Assembly (NCBI GenBank): GCA_963666425.2
Contig: OY762825.2
Span: 640,001 to 704,000 of the forward strand
Direction of reading: 5' to 3'
Origin: Bacillota bacterium
Lineage (GTDB): Bacteria > Bacillota > JAAYKD01
Length of the DNA stretch: 64,000 bases
Part shown: positions 29,096 through 38,749 of the stretch, piece after piece
How the letters are laid out: each line of letters opens with the position of its first letter
Position numbering within the stretch: position 1 is the first letter of the stretch
Translations under genes and position numbers: made by a program
Notes under the pieces: model-generated
What the model was told of the DNA's origin: nothing
What the model saw: the letters and a program-made list of their open reading frames with translations, nothing else
Database searches by the model: none

Positions 29096-29635
29096 ATGGA
29101 TCTGACTTTATGCACAAAAAGATTAGCTTTAGTTGCCATGACGGATCAGGATATTGATTTTCTCACTGATCTGCTGACTCTGCCGATCGTCAATCGTTTC
29201 GAGCAGAAAACCCAGCCAAGCAGAGAAGAGGCAGAAGAAAATTGCCGCAGTCTATTGGAAAAAGCTAAAAAAATACCAGAAGCAGGTGCGCTGCGCTGGA
29301 TTGTCCGTACTAGCGAGGGGGATCGTATTGGACAGGTACAGATTACCTGTAACTGGGAGGATACTCGAGAATGGGAAATCGGTTATACTTTCTTACCGCA
29401 GCATTGGAGCCAGGGTTATGCTACGGAAGCCGTTGAACGATTGATCCGTTTTGCTTTTGAAGATTTAAAAGTGCATAAAATCGTTGCATTAATCAATGCA
29501 GAAAACAAACGCAGTGTTGCGCTGGCCAAACGCCTGAAGATGGTACAAGAAGGCTTTTTGCGTGAAGCACGCTTGATTGCAGGAGTCTATTATGATGAAA
29601 TCGTTTTTGCTTTGCTGAAAACGGATCTGGATTGA
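29096..29635 (+). CDS. GNAT N-acetyltransferase (RimJ/RimL-like)
   Basis: EIGY, WSQGYATEA, NKRSVAL, EGFLRE. Confidence 0.88.
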   Translation: MDLTLCTKRLALVAMTDQDIDFLTDLLTLPIVNRFEQKTQPSREEAEENCRSLLEKAKKIPEAGALRWIVRTSEGDRIGQVQITCNWEDTREWEIGYTFLPQHWSQGYATEAVERLIRFAFEDLKVHKIVALINAENKRSVALAKRLKMVQEGFLREARLIAGVYYDEIVFALLKTDLD

Positions 29636-29715
29636 TTTTACTGCACCACATATTCTTGAAAAATAGATATGCGGTGTTTTTTTACGAAACCGGATGTCCC
29701 GAAAGGAGCTATCGC

Positions 29716-31470
29716 TTGCGAAATTTCAAAAAAATCGTTACACTCATTCGTCCTTATTGGTTGCTATACACGGCAGTCATTCTCGCTCTGGTTGCGGGTA
29801 ATTTAATTAAACTGGTACCGCCCATGATTCTGCGTTCCATTATCGATCAAGGTATCCCTTCCGGTAATCTGCAGCTGGTCGTAAAATCTTTATGGCTTTA
29901 TATCGGACTCTGGATCATCCGCGGCATTTGCAGTTTTATTCAATGGTACGGCTCGGAAAATGTCGGTCAGAAAATTGCACTTTCCTTACGCCAAAGTTTG
30001 CACGATAAACTGCAGACCTTATCGGTCTCTTGGTTTGCTAAAACGCAGACCGGCTCGATTTTAGCCAAACTGACCGAAGATGTTGATATTGTCCAGCAAT
30101 TTGTCTGCTGGTCGTTTCTGGAATTGCTTACCAATATCATTTCTGTTTTAGGGACGGTCACGATGCTCGTTTACATCAGTCCTACACTGGCTGCCAAAGT
30201 ACTTTTGACCTTACCGGTTCTGTTTTTTCTGGTTTATCGTTTTAATCGGGTCGTCCGCCCAGCTTGGGAGGCTGTGCGGGAGCAGATGGATCATCTCACC
30301 TCTGCTTTGCAGGAGAATATTTCCGGCGTCCGCGTCGTTAAAGCCTTTGCCAGAGAAAACTTTGAGATGGGCAAATTCGATCAGCAAAATGTAATTTACC
30401 GGGACAAGAATATATCCCGCGCCCGCTTGGAAGCACGCTACAATCCGATGATGGAGTTTACTTCTGCCGTTGGGATCATGCTGTTTCTTTTTTTCGGTGG
30501 TTTGGAATATCAAGCCGGCCGCATCAGCATGGGAGATTTGCTTTCCTTTAACATGTACCTCTGGGAATTTATGTGGCCGGTTCGTATGCTGGGATTCCTG
30601 ATCAATATGCTGGGCCGTGCATTGGCCGCCGCACCGCGTGTCTTTAATATTTTGGATATGCCGGTAAAAATTCATGACCCGGAACACCCGATCGAACCGG
30701 AAGCAATTCGTGGCCATTTGCATTTTGAAAATGTCTCTTTCCATTTTGAAGACGATCTCCAGACAGAAATTCTCAGCCATATCAATCTTGACGTGCAACC
30801 GGGAGAACGGGTCGCCATTGTCGGCGGTACCGGTTCCGGTAAGACGACGATGATGAACCTGATTCCGCGTTTTCATGATGTCACGGAGGGCAGCATCACC
30901 TTGGACGGTGTGGATCTGCGTGATTTCTCGCTGGAAACCCTGCGGCAGAATATTGGCATGGTACTGCAGGAAACCTTCCTCTTCTCTACTTCGATTGGGG
31001 ATAATATTGCCTACGGTTCGCCCAATGCGACGGTGGCTGCCGTAAAACATGCGGCGGAGGTCAGCCAGGCCGCCGAATTTATCGATACCCTGCCGCAGGG
31101 TTATCACACCATGGTGGGTGAACGCGGCATCGGTCTTTCCGGCGGACAAAAACAACGGGTAGCTCTGGCGCGCGCCGTTTTATTGGACCCGAAAATCCTC
31201 ATTTTGGATGAGGCTACTTCCAGCGTGGATGTGGAGACAGAGCAAAAGATCCAGTCTGCTCTGGAAACCGTCATGGCTGGCCGCACGACGTTAATCATTG
31301 CCAAACGGCTTTCGACCATTCAAAACGCAGACCGGGTCGTCATTCTGGAAGGCGGCCGTATTGCCGAAATGGGCACCCATCAAGAATTACTCTCACTGGG
31401 CGGGCTTTATAAGCGGCTCTTTGAACAGCAAATGTCCAACCGCAGCGAAACGCAGCAGAAAGGAGCGTGA
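29716..31470 (+). CDS. ABC exporter fused permease/ATPase subunit 1
   Basis: TM domain plus GGTGSGKT, LSGGQ, ILDEATS; H-switch reads IAKR; TTG after AAAGGAG. Confidence 0.92.
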   Translation: MRNFKKIVTLIRPYWLLYTAVILALVAGNLIKLVPPMILRSIIDQGIPSGNLQLVVKSLWLYIGLWIIRGICSFIQWYGSENVGQKIALSLRQSLHDKLQTLSVSWFAKTQTGSILAKLTEDVDIVQQFVCWSFLELLTNIISVLGTVTMLVYISPTLAAKVLLTLPVLFFLVYRFNRVVRPAWEAVREQMDHLTSALQENISGVRVVKAFARENFEMGKFDQQNVIYRDKNISRARLEARYNPMMEFTSAVGIMLFLFFGGLEYQAGRISMGDLLSFNMYLWEFMWPVRMLGFLINMLGRALAAAPRVFNILDMPVKIHDPEHPIEPEAIRGHLHFENVSFHFEDDLQTEILSHINLDVQPGERVAIVGGTGSGKTTMMNLIPRFHDVTEGSITLDGVDLRDFSLETLRQNIGMVLQETFLFSTSIGDNIAYGSPNATVAAVKHAAEVSQAAEFIDTLPQGYHTMVGERGIGLSGGQKQRVALARAVLLDPKILILDEATSSVDVETEQKIQSALETVMAGRTTLIIAKRLSTIQNADRVVILEGGRIAEMGTHQELLSLGGLYKRLFEQQMSNRSETQQKGA

Positions 31471-31474
31471 AGCA

Positions 31475-33316
31475 ATGGCAGACAATCAGGAAGCAACCGC
31501 CGTCGAGAACTTATTCGACGTGGAAGAAGAACAACCGGAAACAGAACAAAAGGCTTTTGACAGCCACTTATTTTTACGGATGCTGAACTACATCCTCCCC
31601 TATCGCAAATCTGCAATTCTTGCTGCCGCTTTCGTCTCTTTAAAAACGTTCATGAGCGTGCTGGAACCGCTGATCGTCAGGAATGCGATCGATCACGGCA
31701 TCAGCAACTTCGATTATCCTTATCTGGTCAAAATGACCGCGCTCTATTTTCTGATTTCCTGCGTCAGCTGGCTTTCCAACCGAGAGCAAAGCCTGATCAT
31801 CAACCATACCGGCGCCAAAGTTCTTTATGATTTGCGGCGGCAGTTGTTTGAACATATTCAGAAACTCTCCTTCAACTTTTATGACAGCCGCCCGGTCGGC
31901 AAAATCATCGCGCGGCTCACCACCGATGTCAACCGCATCGCGGAACTGATCAACGGCAGTCTGATCAACATACTCAGCCAACTGCTGATGCTGATCGTTC
32001 TGGTCGTGATGATGCTGGCCTTGGATCTGCAGCTTGCTTTGATTTCCTTTGCCTTGATCCCTTTCATCGCCTTCTTCGTTTATTACGAACAAGGACCGCT
32101 GAAAGGTCTCTGGATGAAGTACCGGCGGATCGGTTCTTCTATCACAGCGCACCTCAATGAAACGATTACCGGCATGCAGGTAATTCAGGCATTTTCCCGT
32201 GAAAGAATCAATACCCATAAGTTTGCCGCACTGAATGAACGTTATCGCAAATCCTATTTGAAAGCGGTATTTGTGGAGATTTTGGCTTGGCCGGTAATCG
32301 ATATCACCTGCGCCGTCGCCACCGCGTTGGTTTTTTTCTTTGGTTCCAAGCGGATCATCGCAGGGACCTTGAGTTTTGGCACCCTTTATGCCTTTTACAC
32401 TTACCTGAATAAATTCTGGTCTCCCCTTTCTACCATTTCCAAATTTTACAGTCAATTGCTGTCTGCCAATGCTTCGGCGGAACGCGTTTTTGAATTTTTA
32501 GATTTTTCTCCCTTAGTACAGGATCTGCCGCAGGCCATCCCCCTGCCTTCGATCCGCGGTGAAGTTGAATTTGATCATGTGACCTTTGCTTATCAGACTG
32601 ACCGGCCTGTTTTGCATGATGTTTCTTTTCTGATCAAACCCGGCAGTACCGTTGCTCTGGTCGGTCCCACCGGCGCCGGTAAATCGACTATCATCAATCT
32701 GATTTCACGTTTTTATGACCCCACCGCCGGTGCGGTGCGGATTGATGGTCATGATTTATGCGATGTCACACTGCAGTCTTTGCGCAGTCAACTGGGAATT
32801 GTGCTGCAGGATTCCTTTATTTTTTCCGGGACGATTGGTGAAAACATACGTTATGGTAAACTGGAAGCAAGCGACGCAGAGATCGAAGCTGCGGCAAAAG
32901 CCGCCAATGCGCATGGCTTTATTCAAAGAATGGAGTTGGGTTACGCTACCGTCACGGAAGAACGCGGCAACACACTCTCTACCGGCCAGCGCCAATTGAT
33001 CGCCTTTGCCAGGGCAATTCTAGCGGATCCCCGCATTTTAATCCTGGATGAAGCAACGTCCAGCATCGATACAGAAACCGAACAGTTGATTCAGAAAGCC
33101 CTGGCGACAATCCTGAAAGACCGAACTTCTTTCATAATCGCTCATCGGCTTTCCACCATTCGCAATGCCGATCTGATTATGGTGATCGATCACGGTCAAA
33201 TTCAGGAAGTCGGCACTCATCTGGCTCTGTTGCAAAATCCCGACGGACTCTATCGCCGGCTTTATGAAACGCAATATGCGCAGCAGGAAAAAATGATGTC
33301 TGATTTCATCGCTTAG
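31475..33316 (+). CDS. ABC exporter fused permease/ATPase subunit 2
   Basis: TM domain plus GPTGAGKS, LSTGQ, ILDEATS, IAHR. Confidence 0.92.
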   Translation: MADNQEATAVENLFDVEEEQPETEQKAFDSHLFLRMLNYILPYRKSAILAAAFVSLKTFMSVLEPLIVRNAIDHGISNFDYPYLVKMTALYFLISCVSWLSNREQSLIINHTGAKVLYDLRRQLFEHIQKLSFNFYDSRPVGKIIARLTTDVNRIAELINGSLINILSQLLMLIVLVVMMLALDLQLALISFALIPFIAFFVYYEQGPLKGLWMKYRRIGSSITAHLNETITGMQVIQAFSRERINTHKFAALNERYRKSYLKAVFVEILAWPVIDITCAVATALVFFFGSKRIIAGTLSFGTLYAFYTYLNKFWSPLSTISKFYSQLLSANASAERVFEFLDFSPLVQDLPQAIPLPSIRGEVEFDHVTFAYQTDRPVLHDVSFLIKPGSTVALVGPTGAGKSTIINLISRFYDPTAGAVRIDGHDLCDVTLQSLRSQLGIVLQDSFIFSGTIGENIRYGKLEASDAEIEAAAKAANAHGFIQRMELGYATVTEERGNTLSTGQRQLIAFARAILADPRILILDEATSSIDTETEQLIQKALATILKDRTSFIIAHRLSTIRNADLIMVIDHGQIQEVGTHLALLQNPDGLYRRLYETQYAQQEKMMSDFIA

Positions 33317-33326
33317 GAGGCGCGAC

Positions 33327-34268
33327 ATGGATCTTTCTTGCCTAACTACCGTCTGGTGTCCTTTACCGGACCATGCAAGTCTCGTCATCGTGACCGATCA
33401 GCAGCAGGCTGCCCTAGCTGCCCGCTTGGCAGCAGACAATAAACCGGCTTTGGGCCGCTTTCAGCTGTTCAATTTGGATTTGGTTTGCCTGACATCCCTG
33501 GCTGAGCTGCCGCCGCTCGGTCCTGACGATCTGTTGGTAATCCTGCTTTCGGTGCAGGGATATCTGCACGGCGCCAACCGTTTATTTCCAGCCTTTCATA
33601 AACCAAAAGGCCTTGCCGCCAAATATGTGATGATTCGTCCCGATATTGATGAAGAATCTCTGGCTGCCGGACTGCGGACTCCCTTAGCACGAATTTCAGC
33701 CTTGGAAACAAACTTAAAAACGACCGCGGCCAATCAAACCATTCGGCTGACCGCGCCGGGAGGAACCGATCTCACGCTGCGTACGCGGGAATTTACAGCC
33801 TTGCCCTATCGCTTTACAGAAGAACAGGATACTGCTTATTTAACTGCCGCGGAGGTTTATACCGCCATCGAGGAGGGATCTGTCAACGGTTCTATTGTCG
33901 TTGATTTGACTGTGGGAGAATTACGCTTGCAAGGCAATTTGCTGCAGCCATTTGGCTTGGTTAGAGAACCGTTAACCATTCAAGTCAAAAATGGTTCCAT
34001 TGAGCATTTTTCCGGCGGCCTCTTTGCCTGCTTGCTGGCAGAGGAATTCAGCAAATTGAGCTGGAACTGTAAGTGTGTCGTGGAATTGGGTTATGGTCTT
34101 TCCGCGATGCAGCCAACCGGATTGATCGGAATCGATGAAAGCATTTTAGGAACCTGCCATTTTGGTATCGGTGACAATCTGTTTTATGGTGGCTGCAATA
34201 AAGCACCCATTCACTGGGATGTTGTCATCCGCAATCCTTCTTTTCAAGTCTTGTCTGGTCAGACATAA
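33327..34268 (+). CDS. M29/aminopeptidase T-like metallopeptidase family protein
   Basis: GGTDLT, AEVY, GSIVVD, ELGYG, DESILGTCHFGIGDN..GG.N.APIHWD. Confidence 0.68.
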   Translation: MDLSCLTTVWCPLPDHASLVIVTDQQQAALAARLAADNKPALGRFQLFNLDLVCLTSLAELPPLGPDDLLVILLSVQGYLHGANRLFPAFHKPKGLAAKYVMIRPDIDEESLAAGLRTPLARISALETNLKTTAANQTIRLTAPGGTDLTLRTREFTALPYRFTEEQDTAYLTAAEVYTAIEEGSVNGSIVVDLTVGELRLQGNLLQPFGLVREPLTIQVKNGSIEHFSGGLFACLLAEEFSKLSWNCKCVVELGYGLSAMQPTGLIGIDESILGTCHFGIGDNLFYGGCNKAPIHWDVVIRNPSFQVLSGQT

Positions 34269-34288
34269 AATCGAGTCCAAAGGAGAAC

Positions 34289-34894
34289 ATGATGAGCCAT
34301 TTTTTCGCTTACTTAAGCCGCATGAAATACATCAATCGCTGGAACACGATGCGCAACAGCAAAGAAGAAAATATCCAGGAACACTCTTTGCAGGTGGCCA
34401 TGATTGCGCATGCCCTTGCTTTGATCAAAAACAAATATGATCAGGCCGCGCTCGATCCGGAACGTATCACGCTGTTGGCAGTCTATCATGAGGCAAGTGA
34501 AGTAATCACAGGGGACATGGCCACACCAATCAAATACTACAACGACGAAATCAGGGATGCCTATAAAAGACTGGAGCAAATGGCCAACGAACGGCTCTTC
34601 AGGATGGTTCCCAGTGAATTCAAACAAGACTATGCTTCCCTGCTTTTTCACACGGCCGCCGATCAGGAGTCCTTGAAAATTGTTAAGTATGCGGATAAAA
34701 TCTCTGCCTATTTGAAATGCGTGGAAGAGGTAAAAGCAGGGAATCTGGAGTTCGGCAATGCCAAAGAAAGCATCCTACATGACCTGCAGCGCTTACAAGC
34801 GCCTGAAGTAGACTATTTTATGCAGCATTTTGTGCCTGGCTTCAATCTGAGTCTGGACGAACTGAATGCTGAGAACGCCGTTGACCCGCAATAA
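34289..34894 (+). CDS. yfbR: HD-family 5'-deoxynucleotidase YfbR
   Basis: SHFFAYLSRMKYINRW, ENIQEHS, YHEASEVITGD, ADKISAYLKC. Confidence 0.9.
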   Translation: MMSHFFAYLSRMKYINRWNTMRNSKEENIQEHSLQVAMIAHALALIKNKYDQAALDPERITLLAVYHEASEVITGDMATPIKYYNDEIRDAYKRLEQMANERLFRMVPSEFKQDYASLLFHTAADQESLKIVKYADKISAYLKCVEEVKAGNLEFGNAKESILHDLQRLQAPEVDYFMQHFVPGFNLSLDELNAENAVDPQ

Positions 34895-34912
34895 AATCCG
34901 ATGTCCCTATTT

Positions 34913-34967
34913 AAAAAAGCAAGTTCGTCCTCTGTTTTTTGCAGAGCATACGAACTTGCTTTTTTTT
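34913..34967. terminator. Bidirectional terminator
   Basis: AAAAAAGCAAGTTCGT...ACGAACTTGCTTTTTT. Confidence 0.8.
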
Positions 34968-34975
34968 GATTCATT

Positions 34976-35800
34976 CTAAGCTTTCACTTTCAGCTTCAGC
35001 TCATAAATATCGTTGCGCCGCGCAGAGAGGATGGGCAGCTGCTGCCGCACCGAGCGGACTTGCGCAAAATCAATTTCCAAGGTGTGCGCCGTTGCTTCGC
35101 TGCCTGCCTGATAAAGCAAATTCCCCCAGGGGTCTACGGCAATGCTATGACCGTAGGCGACATAACAGCCATCTTCTTGCCGGGCGGGAGAGACACCAAT
35201 CGTGAAAAGCTGATTGTCCAGCGCTCTAGCCCTAAAATGCAGCTGCCAATGCGCCGGTCCTGTTGTCATATTGAAAGCGGCAGGAACGATGACCAGTTCG
35301 GCTCCCTGCAGTGCCATCAAACGAAAAAGCTCCGAAAACCGAATATCGAAGCAAATGCAGAGGCCAATTTTACCCCAGGGCGTGGGAAAAATCGTCACTT
35401 GATCGCCTGCGGTCAAAACCTCTGACTCACAGAATTTTTGGCCGCCCTGGACATCAATATCGAATAAATGCATCTTGCGGTGTCTGGCGATTTGCTTGCC
35501 CGTTTGGTCATAAACAAAGGAAGTGTTGTAGACGCGATCCGCTTCCAGTTCCGGCAGAGAGCCGGCCACGATCATCACAGCCAATTCGGCAGCCAAGGCA
35601 GACAGAGCTGTTTGGGCTTCTCCCCCCTGGTATTCACCATAGGCTCGGAAATATTGAGTGGCATAAGGACAGCAGAACATTTCCGGCAGTACCACGATTT
35701 CCGCACCGGCCTGTACTTCCTGGCGAATCAAGGCGCAGGCATGTTGAATCGTTGCCGTTTTATCGAAGCTGCTCTGCATTTGAATTAAAGCAATTTTCAG
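34976..35800 (-). CDS. Carbon-nitrogen hydrolase (Nit1/Nit2 omega-amidase-like)
   Basis: LPEMF, HRKMHLFD, ICFDIRF triad, PAAF..TGPAHW, RALDNQ; probable CTG start at 35800. Confidence 0.9.
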   Translation of the reverse strand: MKIALIQMQSSFDKTATIQHACALIRQEVQAGAEIVVLPEMFCCPYATQYFRAYGEYQGGEAQTALSALAAELAVMIVAGSLPELEADRVYNTSFVYDQTGKQIARHRKMHLFDIDVQGGQKFCESEVLTAGDQVTIFPTPWGKIGLCICFDIRFSELFRLMALQGAELVIVPAAFNMTTGPAHWQLHFRARALDNQLFTIGVSPARQEDGCYVAYGHSIAVDPWGNLLYQAGSEATAHTLEIDFAQVRSVRQQLPILSARRNDIYELKLKVKA

Positions 35801-35831
35801 AATAGTCAACTCCTTTTTTGGCAATATGAAG

Positions 35832-35866
35832 AAACGCTGCTGCATGATGGGATGCAGCAGCGTTTT
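35832..35866 (-). terminator. Hairpin/terminator after DapA-like gene
   Basis: AAACGCTGCTGCAT-gatggg-ATGCAGCAGCGTTT. Confidence 0.7.
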
Positions 35867-35875
35867 GCTAATTTT

Positions 35876-36760
35876 TTAAAGTAAGCCGACACCTGCCAGA
35901 ATTTTTTTCAGTTCGCTTGTTTTCGCTTCGTCCAAAGGCTGCAGCGGCATCCGCGGCTGACCGCCCTTTAGACCGATGAGATCCATTGCCTTTTTTAAAC
36001 CGGGTATACCAAAGCGGGAAGTGACGGCGGCGTTCACCGCCATGAGCTCTGCTTGTATCTCAACTGCACGGGCATGTTTTCCGTCCTGCACCGCTTGCAT
36101 TAATTCGACACAAAGATCCGGCAGCAAATTTGCTACCGCCAAGGTGCCGCCAACACCGCCCAAAGCCAGGGTGGCATAGAGGAAACTGGCTGAACCGGCA
36201 AAAACACTGAAATCAGCCGGAGTGCCGTTGATAATGTTCGTGATTTGTACGATGTCACCGCTGGAGTCTTTGACACCGGCGATATTGCAGTGCTTGGCCA
36301 AATCGCAGACCAGTGATGCCGACATATTGACACCGGCATTGCGCGGCATATTGTAAAGCATGACCGGAATGACGCAAGCATCGGCAATCGCTGTATAATG
36401 CGCTTTGAGAACATCATCTTTATAGCTGTCTTTATAATACCACGGAGTCACGACTAAAGCAGCATCCGCCCCCACATCGGCACAACTGTTGGACAGCTGA
36501 ATCGTTTCGCGGGTTGATTCACAGCCGGAACCGGCGATGATTTTTTTGTCGGAACGCAAATACTTGCGCACATAGCTGACCAATTCGACCTTTTCATCAT
36601 AGGTGAGCATAGCAAATTCGCCGTTGGAACCCAGTACGACCAGACCGGCTAATTTCGATTGATTATAAAAGTTAATGTTATGTTTTAACGCATCCCAGTC
36701 AATTTCACCTTTTGTAAATGGTGTGGCGATTGGCGCGTATATCCCTTGAAATCGGTGCAT
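35876..36760 (-). CDS. DapA/NAL-family aldolase (4-hydroxy-2-oxoglutarate aldolase-like)
   Basis: TPF, GSNGE, YNMP, Schiff-base GVKDSSG. Confidence 0.85.
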   Translation of the reverse strand: MHRFQGIYAPIATPFTKGEIDWDALKHNINFYNQSKLAGLVVLGSNGEFAMLTYDEKVELVSYVRKYLRSDKKIIAGSGCESTRETIQLSNSCADVGADAALVVTPWYYKDSYKDDVLKAHYTAIADACVIPVMLYNMPRNAGVNMSASLVCDLAKHCNIAGVKDSSGDIVQITNIINGTPADFSVFAGSASFLYATLALGGVGGTLAVANLLPDLCVELMQAVQDGKHARAVEIQAELMAVNAAVTSRFGIPGLKKAMDLIGLKGGQPRMPLQPLDEAKTSELKKILAGVGLL

Positions 36761-36793
36761 TCTACTCTCTTCCTTTCGGTATCTATGATCAGA

Positions 36794-37339
36794 TTAAGCT
36801 GCGGTTAATTGATCCAAGTCCTTCAAAATCATGCTCATTTCCACCTTGGAAGGATGATCATGTTCTAAAACTTGCTCGAGACGTGTGAGCACTTGTTCGA
36901 AGCTCTTTAAGGTCTCGTTGTTTTGGCTGTCATTGCCGACAGCACCCATGACGAAGTTGAGATAGTTCAGCAGACGGGTCCAAACTCTGGATAGTCTGAC
37001 ATCAGCAGTTTCGAGAGTGGAGATACGAGCCAAGACGGAACGCCGAATCGCCAGAAGTGTTTTTGCATCGGAAGTTTCCCACTTGCCATTGTTCGCTTGG
37101 CGAATGAGATGACGCAGTCCCTGCAAATCCATCACTAAGCCATTCCGATTGAGTCGCACCACATGCTTAATCCGCTGACGCTGCACAGCTACGCTGGTGA
37201 GCAAGCATGATCCGATTAAAATCACAATGGAAATGCTTAGCACACGCACCAGAAAAGAACGGCGTTGAAACTTTTCTTCAATGATTTCCCGTAATTGCTG
37301 CATCTGCTCCGCCCAGGAATTTTCTTTTAAGTTTTGCAT
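36794..37339 (-). CDS. Hypothetical protein with single TM helix
   Basis: AAGGGGG SD, 181 aa, one hydrophobic segment, fills the gap between real genes. Confidence 0.7.
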   Translation of the reverse strand: MQNLKENSWAEQMQQLREIIEEKFQRRSFLVRVLSISIVILIGSCLLTSVAVQRQRIKHVVRLNRNGLVMDLQGLRHLIRQANNGKWETSDAKTLLAIRRSVLARISTLETADVRLSRVWTRLLNYLNFVMGAVGNDSQNNETLKSFEQVLTRLEQVLEHDHPSKVEMSMILKDLDQLTAA

Positions 37340-37517
37340 AGGATGCCCCCCTTATTACTTTATGCTTCCGCGTATATTATACCGCATTTCATAGAGAATG
37401 AAAAGACCTGTCTGATTAATTTTCTCTAAAGCTTATTTTGAAAAGAATTGCAGGAAACTCTGGTCAATGATTGCGGGAAGTGGTATAATAAATCAAATTC
37501 TTAAGGAGGTTTTATCG

Positions 37518-37976
37518 ATGAGTATTGTGAGTAAATTAAAAGAACTCGGTCTGGAAATTCCGGTTGCAGCCAAACCCCTGGCGGCTTATGCCCCTGCCGT
37601 ACGGGTTGGCAATTATGTTTATACATCCGGCCAGTTGCCGGTGATTGCCGGTAAACTGCAGTATGTCGGCAAAGTCGGCGCTGAAGTAGCACCGGAGGCC
37701 GCTTACGAAGCAGCAAAGCTCTGCGCCATCAATTGTCTGGCTGCAGTCAATACGGTAGCTGATGTCGAACAAATCGAAAAAATCGTCAAAGTCGTCGCTT
37801 TTGTCGCCAGCGCGCCTGGTTTTAATGGCCAACCCGGGGTTGCCAACGGCGCTTCCGAATTGATGGGCAAAATTCTTGCCGAAGCTGGTGTTCATGCCCG
37901 TTCAGCAGTCGGCGTAGCAGAATTGCCGCTCAATGCTCCGGTAGAAGTAGAAATGATCGTGAAATTAAAAGATTAG
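37518..37976 (+). CDS. RidA/YjgF family protein
   Basis: AYAP, TSGQLP, GKVG, NGASEL, HARSAVG, PVEVE; ATG after AAGGAGG. Confidence 0.92.
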   Translation: MSIVSKLKELGLEIPVAAKPLAAYAPAVRVGNYVYTSGQLPVIAGKLQYVGKVGAEVAPEAAYEAAKLCAINCLAAVNTVADVEQIEKIVKVVAFVASAPGFNGQPGVANGASELMGKILAEAGVHARSAVGVAELPLNAPVEVEMIVKLKD

Positions 37977-37989
37977 TTGACAGGAAACC

Positions 37990-38047
37990 ATTAGTGCCTT
38001 ACAGCTGCTCCTTTTTAGAGAAGCAACGGTAAGGCACTGATTTTTTT
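37990..38047. terminator. Intrinsic terminator
   Basis: TAGTGCCTTAC...GTAAGGCACTG plus T-run. Confidence 0.72.
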
Positions 38048-38060
38048 GTTGTTCAGCCCA

Positions 38061-38717
38061 TCATCTGAACCGATCCATCTGCCAATCCTTAAGCGAGAAT
38101 AAATATTCCTCTGTCAAGCTGCGAATGGCTTCGGCATCCTCTTTAGAGCTTTCATCATAAACACCAATGACGCGGAATCCTGCTGCTTTCGCGGTGATCA
38201 CCGCATGCAGTGAGTCTTCGAACACCAAGGTCTCTGCCTTGGGAGTCGCCAGGATTTGATGAGCCTGATAGAAAATTTCCGGCTGATCTTTGCCGCAGCC
38301 GATCTCCGTACAGGTGATCAGCGCAGAAAAGAAATCCGTGAGACCAAATCGCTGCAGAGCATCCTCTACCAGGGGGCGATGATTGGCTGTGGCAATACAC
38401 ATCCGTACCCCTTGCTGACGCAGCTGTGTCAGCAGTTGCAGCGCGCCATCCTTTAAAGCCAATTGATTGCGGTAGGCGTCCTCGGCCATGCTGTTAATTT
38501 CCGCTAAGATCGCTTCCTGCGATTCCTCAATACCGTAAACGGTCTGCAGATACTGCAGCGTTTCCTGCATGCTCATTTTCTTAAAAGTGTCGGAAAGCTG
38601 TGGTTCCGGCACCCGTGATTTGCGCAGTAAATAGGCGCGGTCCAACTCACTCCAAAAATGCATGGAATCCAATAAGGTTCCGTCAAAATCAAAAATCGCT
38701 CCCTGAATTCTGCTCAC
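38061..38717 (-). CDS. HAD-IA family phosphatase
   Basis: FDFDGTLLDS, IATA, GKDQPEIF, VFEDS; the ORF-track N-terminus overlapping the acyltransferase gene is spurious. Confidence 0.88.
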   Translation of the reverse strand: MSRIQGAIFDFDGTLLDSMHFWSELDRAYLLRKSRVPEPQLSDTFKKMSMQETLQYLQTVYGIEESQEAILAEINSMAEDAYRNQLALKDGALQLLTQLRQQGVRMCIATANHRPLVEDALQRFGLTDFFSALITCTEIGCGKDQPEIFYQAHQILATPKAETLVFEDSLHAVITAKAAGFRVIGVYDESSKEDAEAIRSLTEEYLFSLKDWQMDRFR

Positions 38718-38749
38718 TGATTGATCGACCAACTTTCCTATTTTTCTAA

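Noticed and set aside
30211-32455. Long antisense ORFs (314 aa, 271 aa) and similar shadow ORFs such as 13042-13764 and 57518-58315
   Set aside because: They lie fully opposite well-conserved genes, lack SDs and motifs, and reflect codon bias.
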